Source: the human T2T-CHM13v2.0 reference genome, Homo sapiens. From it: 64,000 bases of DNA. Positions 56,481-64,000 of the stretch are shown piece after piece. The stretch is from NCBI RefSeq assembly GCF_009914755.1, contig NC_060926.1; one strand, given 5' to 3'. The position numbers and the translations under genes are program-made. A model generated the notes under the pieces. That model saw only the letters and a program-made list of their open reading frames with translations, ran no database searches and had not been told where the DNA came from. How positions within the stretch are numbered: the first letter of the stretch is position 1; every line of letters starts with the position of its first letter.

Positions 56481-56512
56481 CCATTGCTCTGGAACCCTCC
56501 CAGTGTGGATAG

Positions 56513-56918
<406 letters not shown>

Positions 56919-58937
56919 CGCTGGTCAATCTTTTATTCCCCTTGCTCTATCCATCCAACACATTGCCCTGGGAACACTCTTCCTGGCCGTCCCTTCTTGC
57001 CTCACCATCCCACATCCCACAGTTCACCACCTCCAGCCTTGCACCTGTCACCCTCCCTCCTTCTGCACCTGGGTCTCCACAGACATGGCACGGCCCCTCC
57101 CTGCTCTCTGAAATGACCTAATCCTCATCACTACCAGTCAAGCTAATTCTCGCCTTTGGGTGGCTCTATCTCCAGGCCCTGGAGCACTGCCAGGCACGTC
57201 CTTACCCTCTCCATAAATACTGTTGAACGAATGAACAAATGGATGAATGACCGAATGAGCAAGTGCGGCAAGGAGTCCTGCCGAGGAAGGGGAGCACTCT
57301 TCCACAGCGATGCCCAAGGGGACGGGAGCGCAAGGCAGGCACCCGACTCCCGCACAGAGGACTCTCAAAGGGAGCTGACTTTAATCGCCATGAGAGGGGG
57401 CAGGGACTCTTCACCAGTGACAGGTTTTAATTTGTAATTGTTTCCATCCACTGACAGGCTGCCTGTGCTTAAATCAGCTTTGTCCTTTCTCCCCAAGGAG
57501 AAACAGACTTCCAAGAGTGAGCCGGCGGTTTGTGAGGGGGAAGGCCTCCACAGGGAGAGATGGACATGGGTGGCAAGGGGAGGCCGCTGGACACAGGAGG
57601 ATCTGGGGTGATGCAGATGCACCCTGTCTTAGTGGCAGGGGTCGTGTGCATCCACTTGTAGAATCTTATTACATGCAGGATTTCCCTGCACAACGAGATT
57701 CTATAAGGATGGTCTTATTACTTCCATTTTTAAGATAACAAAACTGAGGCACAGGGAAGTTGAATATCTCTCATGAGCCCACATGTGGAATGCATGCTGG
57801 GGGTGGGATTCACGCAGGGGCTAACTGACCCCAACAGGAGCATCCATGAGGACCGAGACTGTGGCGGTTCCTTGCAGGGTATGGTTGAAGTTTGCTAAAG
57901 CTGTGGTCCCCACCCCCCACCAGTTGCTGAGAGCCACCCACTATCCCAGCATTGGTGCTGTGATTGTGAGCTCTCAGATGGGCATTAACCAGATTCAGTA
58001 ATTCTGCTGAGCACCTACTCAGTGCCAGGCAGTGAACAAGGAGACACAGGCTTGCTCCTGCCTCAGATGCCAGGGCAGAGGATGGTTACAGGCAAAGCCT
58101 ATGCACCAGGCAGGTGTGTTCTGCAGAGACAGGCATTAAAAGCCGTCTGGGGAGGCAAAGAGGGGAAGGCAAGTCTTCCCGAAAGGAGGATCCAGAAAAG
58201 TTGATTTTTAAAAATCAACAGGATCTGGCCATGCACCATGAGGTCAGGGACCTCCAAGCAGAGGGAACCGTGTCTAGTTCCCAAGGGCGCACAGAGTGGG
58301 GAGCAGGCATTCAGAGCTGGCAGTATGAGTTGGGACTGGGGATGAGCCCACCTGGAGAGGAAGGGACCAATGAGGGGCTCAGGGCAGGTGGTGGCTTACA
58401 AGGGCCAAATCTTTTGAGATGGGCTCTGATGCTCAGTTCCCCAGGATGGACAACAGGTGCTGGTGGGCGCTGGAAGTTCTCACAGGTATCCTCACCCACT
58501 CACTGCCCTCCCTCTGGCCCCAGAAGCCAAGTGTGGACTGAAAAGTGCTTAAGTGAAGAGGAGATCCCACGTTGGGTAGCACCTTCTCACTAGCTCCAGA
58601 CAGCCACATTTAGAAGCCAAGAATGGGGCAGTGGCCCAGATGGTACCTGATGTGTTAAAAGGTGTCTGTCTTGGGCATTGCACAATTCCTAACACCCTGC
58701 ACAGTGCCAGGCACATAACAGGGACTCAACTAATATTGCATGAGTGCCTAGATTGAGGAATAAATGAATGAACACATGATGGAGCACTATTTGTTTATCA
58801 GTCCATTCTGCTACAAAGGAAGCACTAACCTGTACATCCATCAGCTGACACAACTCACCCTCACTGAGACAATCACACACCTGTACACACTCCCAAGTTC
58901 ATGCACATGCACACACAAAAGAACGCCCTGACAAGTG

Positions 58938-58959
58938 CACACACACACACACACACACA
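58938..58959. repeat. (CA)11 microsatellite
   Basis: Read directly. Confidence 0.9.
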
Positions 58960-60622
58960 GATTCTGGAGAGGTGGCTTAGTCACAGATGCCAATTCACAA
59001 ACAGAGTGCAGGGGTGGGGGGCAGTCTGCCAGTTAGTGCAGGTTACCCATCAGTGGCCCTGAAATTGATTTAATTGGTCATAGATAGTGTTCTTTGAAAA
59101 TGGATAAAGGAAGAACAAGAACAAAATAAGAGAAAGATAGAATAGCCACTCTCAAGAGGTCTAGAGTAGGTGCTGGCTCCAGGGGTGTGTGCACCTGTGC
59201 TCTGCTGCTCCTCACAATGGTGTTGCTGTCCAGAGTTCCCAGAGCAACTGACTAGCGGCACCACTTGCTCATGCTCTCGGGTGCCATCTGGAAGGAAAGC
59301 AAAGGTGTTCTCTGCCGTGGCTGGAGCCATGTCAGCTGGGCTTCAGCAAGAACCCTCTGGCCGTGGATTCTCTTGCTGTGCTGTGGCCTCTCCGGTGTGG
59401 AGAAGGCCATTTTCCCACTGTGTATAGGGACTCGCTGCTTGTCAGCCCCTGTCCTCAAATGTTCACAGTCTAGTTTTAAGATCTGAAAAGGGCAACAAAG
59501 CTGCAATTCAGAGTGATAAGTGCTGCTGTAAGCATGCATACAAGGCTCAGTGGGGATGCCAACGGCTGTCTGGGGGTCCAGTGACAATTTCCTGACAATT
59601 TTTCATGGATGTGACATGGACATAAGCCCTTAAAAATAGTGAAATTTGAGCATATGGGAAAAGGGGGAGGTGAAGGGGCTGGGGAAGCAGTGGGGATGGG
59701 AGGGAGGGCACTCCAAGTGGAGGGAACGGCATGGGAAAAGGTGCAAGAGCTTGAGAGACCACAGTGCTTTCTGAGAATAGCAGGGATTTTTGTGTAACCT
59801 GAACATAAGTTCCACTGGGTGTGTGGCACTGAGACAGCAGCTGGAAGGATGGATGGGTTGGGATTTGGCACACATATGCTGTGCCTGCCCACTCAGCTCC
59901 ATCTGCCTGGCTCCAGGGAGGAAGACAGGAAAAGACAAAGAGATGTCCCACACGTTCCACTGCCATACAGCTCTTGGGATGTCCTCTTCCTCTCCATGCC
60001 CCATGCTCTGGATCCCAGTGTGGAGGTCTCTGCTTTGTTTTATAACATCTGTGTCATTTAAGGAAGCATCGAACATTCCAGAGCCCTGAGCCCCGCAGAC
60101 CCTGTCTGGACACTCACTCCTTCTTATCAATGGTGGCGAAGCAAGAGTAGGCCCAGTCTGGGCCCCAGATAGTGCCCAAACTTTACTCGTTGGGATGCCA
60201 ACATGGATCATTCATGGCAGCATCCTGGAATGGTGCAAACCAGCAGGCCCCATGTTCCCATGGAGCGATTTCACTGAGTGGAGCTGAGAGTAATTTTCTT
60301 CCGAACTGCACCTCAGAGGAATTGTCATGTGTTAGCTTCTACTCGGTGCAACCATGCAGACCTCACCATCTCTGCTGCATGCCTGCTACTGCAGCAACGG
60401 TGAAAAAAGACCTGCATCTTGGCTTTCTTAAAGCACACACAACACAGCCACATGGGGCCATGCTGGACACTGGTCAGTCAAGGGCTCTTGTGCAAGGCAC
60501 TCCCAGGTCCTCAAACCTGTGAGGGCAGCTGGTCCTCCTTCATAGCCTTGGCACCTGCCAACCAGCCCCCCAGGCTGTTGCCCACTTCCCAAATAGTTTT
60601 CCATAAAAAACAGCTTCCTCCC

Positions 60623-61111
60623 TGTATTAATCAGCATTCTCCAAAGAAACAGAACCAATAAGAGATATATAGATGATAGATAGATAGATAGATAGATAGA
60701 TATGTGCATACATACATACACATGTGTTTACATGCATAATAAGGAATTGGCTCATGCAATTATGGGGTTGATAAGTTCCAAGATCTGCAGTCTGAAGGCC
60801 TGAGAACCAGGAGAGTCAATGGTGTAAGTTCCAGCCTAAGTCTGAGGTCAAAGGCAGAAGACTGATATCTCAGCTTGAAGACCATCAGGCAGAGAGTTCA
60901 GGTTCTCTCTTGCTCATTCTTTTTTCTGTTTAGGCCTTCAACTGGCTGGATGAGACCCACACTGGAGAGGACCATCTGCTTTACTCCATATACCTATTCA
61001 AATGTTAATCTCATCCAGAGACATCACACGGACACACACAGAATAACATCTAACCAAATATGTGGGCACCCTGTGGACTAGTCAAGTTGATGCATAAAAT
61101 TAATCATCACA
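60623..61111 (-). mobile_element. MLT2-family solo LTR with internal (GATA)n
   Basis: tgtattaatcagcattctccaaagaaacagaaccaata...gtcaagttgatgcataaaattaatcatcaca; exact TSD ctccc. Confidence 0.9.
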
Positions 61112-61260
61112 CTCCCTGAATGAGTGTTCATCCCCTGCAGTTACAATGGGGAAAACACTTAGGACCTGCCTGTGGCATGCTTCCCTCCCACCAGAACCTA
61201 CATACCATGGTCCCAGGCATCCATCCTGTCTCACTCACTGCTAACCCTGGGCCTGACGCT

Positions 61261-61498
61261 AGCACAAAGAGCCATCCAAAGATAAACACACACAGCATAC
61301 ACAGAATGCATGTATGAAACACACAACCACAGGCCTGTGCATACATGCCTGAGTCCACGTGCATGGCTGTGTTTGCATGACCCCTGCCAACCAAGCACAC
61401 ACAAACATGCTCATCTAGCTGCACTCCCTGAGTACACGGGTGTGTAGAGGAAACACAGTGGTGAAAGGGATTTGGGCAGAAATCAGGACTAATGACTG
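61261..61498 (+). repeat. Left arm of ~237-bp inverted duplication (partner 62074-62310)
   Basis: gtgaaagggatttgggcagaaatcaggact vs agtcctgatttctgccaaaatccctttcac; agcacaaagagcca vs tggctctttgtgct. Confidence 0.9.
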
Positions 61499-62073
61499 CA
61501 CACCCTGGTGGAGGTGCCTGGAAAAGGTTGGCCAGTGAGTAAATGAATGTGCCAAGGTGGCAGGACCCTAGGTGCTTCTTAAAAATATTCTTCTTAGCAT
61601 CTTTCTGCATTTTCCAAACGGTTTAAAATGGATTGTATGTTACCTATAAAATGAGAAAACAACTAATAAGCGATCATTATTTTCATTTTTTTAAATGCTA
61701 ATTTGTGAAAGTCTCTGAGTCCCCTCCCCTGCCAAAGTTTTTCTAGTCTGAGGCCAAGAAAGGCATCTTTCTTTGCCAAGTGACCACCATGTGGGCCTCT
61801 TCACCCTCGTTCTGAATAAGTTTCATTGTTTAGAGAGGAATGAAAGGCTCATTTCTTATCAATTCACTCAAGGTGGCATCTGCCCTCTCATTTAATCTTC
61901 ACAACCACCCATGGGCAAGGCAGGCTGACCATACTTCACAGAAGGGGAAACTGAGGCTGGGGGTGTTCCTTGCCCTTGTCTGGTGCACAGACCGGAGCCG
62001 AGCCCCACCACACCTTCCAGCCAGACTCAGAGGTGGAGAAGGCCTGGAAGTGGCTCAGCCAGGGACACACAAG

Positions 62074-62310
62074 GTAGTCTTAAGTCCTGATTTCTGCCAA
62101 AATCCCTTTCACATTGTTTTTCCTCAATACACCTGTGTGCTCAAGAAGTACAGGTAAGTGAGTTTGTTTGTGTGCGCTTGGTGGGCAGGTGTCATGTACA
62201 CGCAGGCATGCAGGTGGACTCAGGCATGTGTGTGCAGGCCCTGTGGTTTTGTGTGCATTGTGTATTCTGTGTACCATGTATGTGTTTGTCTGTGGGTGGC
62301 TCTTTGTGCT
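62074..62310 (-). repeat. Right arm of ~237-bp inverted duplication (partner 61261-61498)
   Basis: Opposite-strand ORFs share peptides SPDFCPNPFH / SPDFCQNPFH and TKSHPKINTH / TKSHPQTNTY. Confidence 0.9.
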
Positions 62311-64000
62311 TGTGGGATGCATGTGTGTGCCCTGTTTCATACTTGGGGGAAGGCATAGGAGAAAATACAATACGGTGACTATTCCCCAGAAGCTTCCAGT
62401 GTCATTAAGGAGAAACATTAGATGCAAGAAGGTGTTCGGGTAAAGCATCACCTGCAAAAAGTTAAGTCATGTGACCTGGCCAGGATGGGGCACTGGACCT
62501 GGGTCAGATGGGATGAGCCGAGGACCTCATCCGGCCCCATCATCTATGAGCTGGGAGATTCCACTCAATGGACTGGACCTCTCAGCTGCCTCATCTGTGA
62601 GAGAAGGCAGTGAGGGGCTCCCATGAGATCACCCTGACATGGCAGCACCTGGCCTACAGAGAGAGCCAGCAGCATTAGGAGACTGGCCTTGGATACAGAT
62701 TCAGGGGAGAAAGGAGGTGGCCAAGAGTCAAGCACTCAGGAAGGCCTCCTGGAACAGGCCGGTTGAGTCAGGTCCTGGAGAATCCATTGCAGAGCAAGGT
62801 ATAGCTCGGGGAGGCCAGGGAAGGCACAGGACGCCAAGATCACATCAAACCCAATCAGGCCTCACCCACTCTGAATGACAGCTGCATCCTGCAGACTCAC
62901 CTGGAGCCTCCCACCAGCCTCCCCAGACAGCCCCATCTGCTCCTGGCCTGCCTCAAGGCTGGCTGCCCCAGGCCAGCTCCTTCACCTCTCTGAGTGTCCT
63001 GACTTTCATCACAAAAGCCCTGATCCTTCCTCGCATGATTGCAGGGGCCAGGACCAAGGAAGGATGGAACACATACCTCTCTCAATTTAAAGAGAAAATA
63101 AATGTCATAGTAAAAACGAGAGGAGCAGGGCTCTCGTTTGTCTGTGAAGTCCCTTGTACGGGGAGTTTTATCAGCCATGAAATTAGCCCTTCATGCTCTC
63201 CTATGCCAACAGCCTGGTGAGGGCTGGTGGGAGGAGCTGTCTCAGCGCCACCTGCGAGCCTCAGGGGACCCCACTCCCCAGCCCAGCCCACCCTGCTGCC
63301 CTTGGATGATATAAACACAGGCTGTTTTGTGGCCACCACTGATGTGGGCCACCAGGTCACACACAGGGCAGCATCAGGCACAGCAAAGACACAAAAGTCC
63401 TGCCCCTGCCCTACGCTGGCCCCAGCTTCTGCAGAGCTGCATTGGAGGGGCTCCTAAGTCAGGACCAAAATGAGGCCAGTCTCTCCACATCCATGGAGCG
63501 CAGCATCATACATACATAATTACAAGTATAAACATACCTTGGAGTCTTTAACTGTTGTGGCTTTGGGATGACAGCGTGAGGCAGTAGGAAACCCAGGAGC
63601 TTTACAGAAAAATCTGGGCTCAAAGCCTGCTGCCCAACCAACTAAATGTCGCACTGGCCAAGTTCCTTCATCTCCCTGAGCCTTTGTTTCTTCATCTTTA
63701 AAGTCAGGATCACATCACCTTTTCTGCAGGTGGAGAAGATGAGAGGAGGCAATGCTAACTCAGGGGCATGCCCTCTGGGTGCTGGGTGCCCGCTGCACCT
63801 GTTCAAGGGGCTGCCTGAGCTTTGAGAAGACTGGGAATGGGCTTTTGTGTCACTCAAGAGAATCATATGCACACACACACACACAAACACATGTGCACAC
63901 ATGCACACACACATGCAAGCACACGCACACATGCACACAAGTACTCTAGATCCCTGAGCCTTGCAGTGCACGTATCCTGATGGCTCCCTCCACAGGAATA

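Overview
Simian primate genomic DNA, most likely human (AluS/AluY, THE1, MSTA). It is non-coding and repeat-rich. No protein-coding gene, RNA gene or CRISPR array can be supported. The ORFs are chance frames, Alu or simple-repeat read-throughs, or decayed L1 and ERV-L remnants. Contents: an old L1M (1-4075); ten Alus; solo MaLR/ERVL LTRs, several with intact 5-bp TSDs; an LTR-less ERV-L gag-pol fragment; nested HAL1/MER44A/MER2 elements; MER20B; MIR/L2 fossils; a ~580-bp GATA tract; and an orphan CpG island (~51.6-52.7 kb) with helically phased GC boxes. Transposon annotation does not explain two local ~235-bp inverted duplications (24.4/26.0 kb and 61.3/62.1 kb), a ~238-bp tandem duplication, two phased Sp/KLF arrays and a small hairpin. 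I found no evidence of a new multi-gene system. Repeat subfamily names come from recalled consensus sequences and need RepeatMasker/Dfam confirmation.
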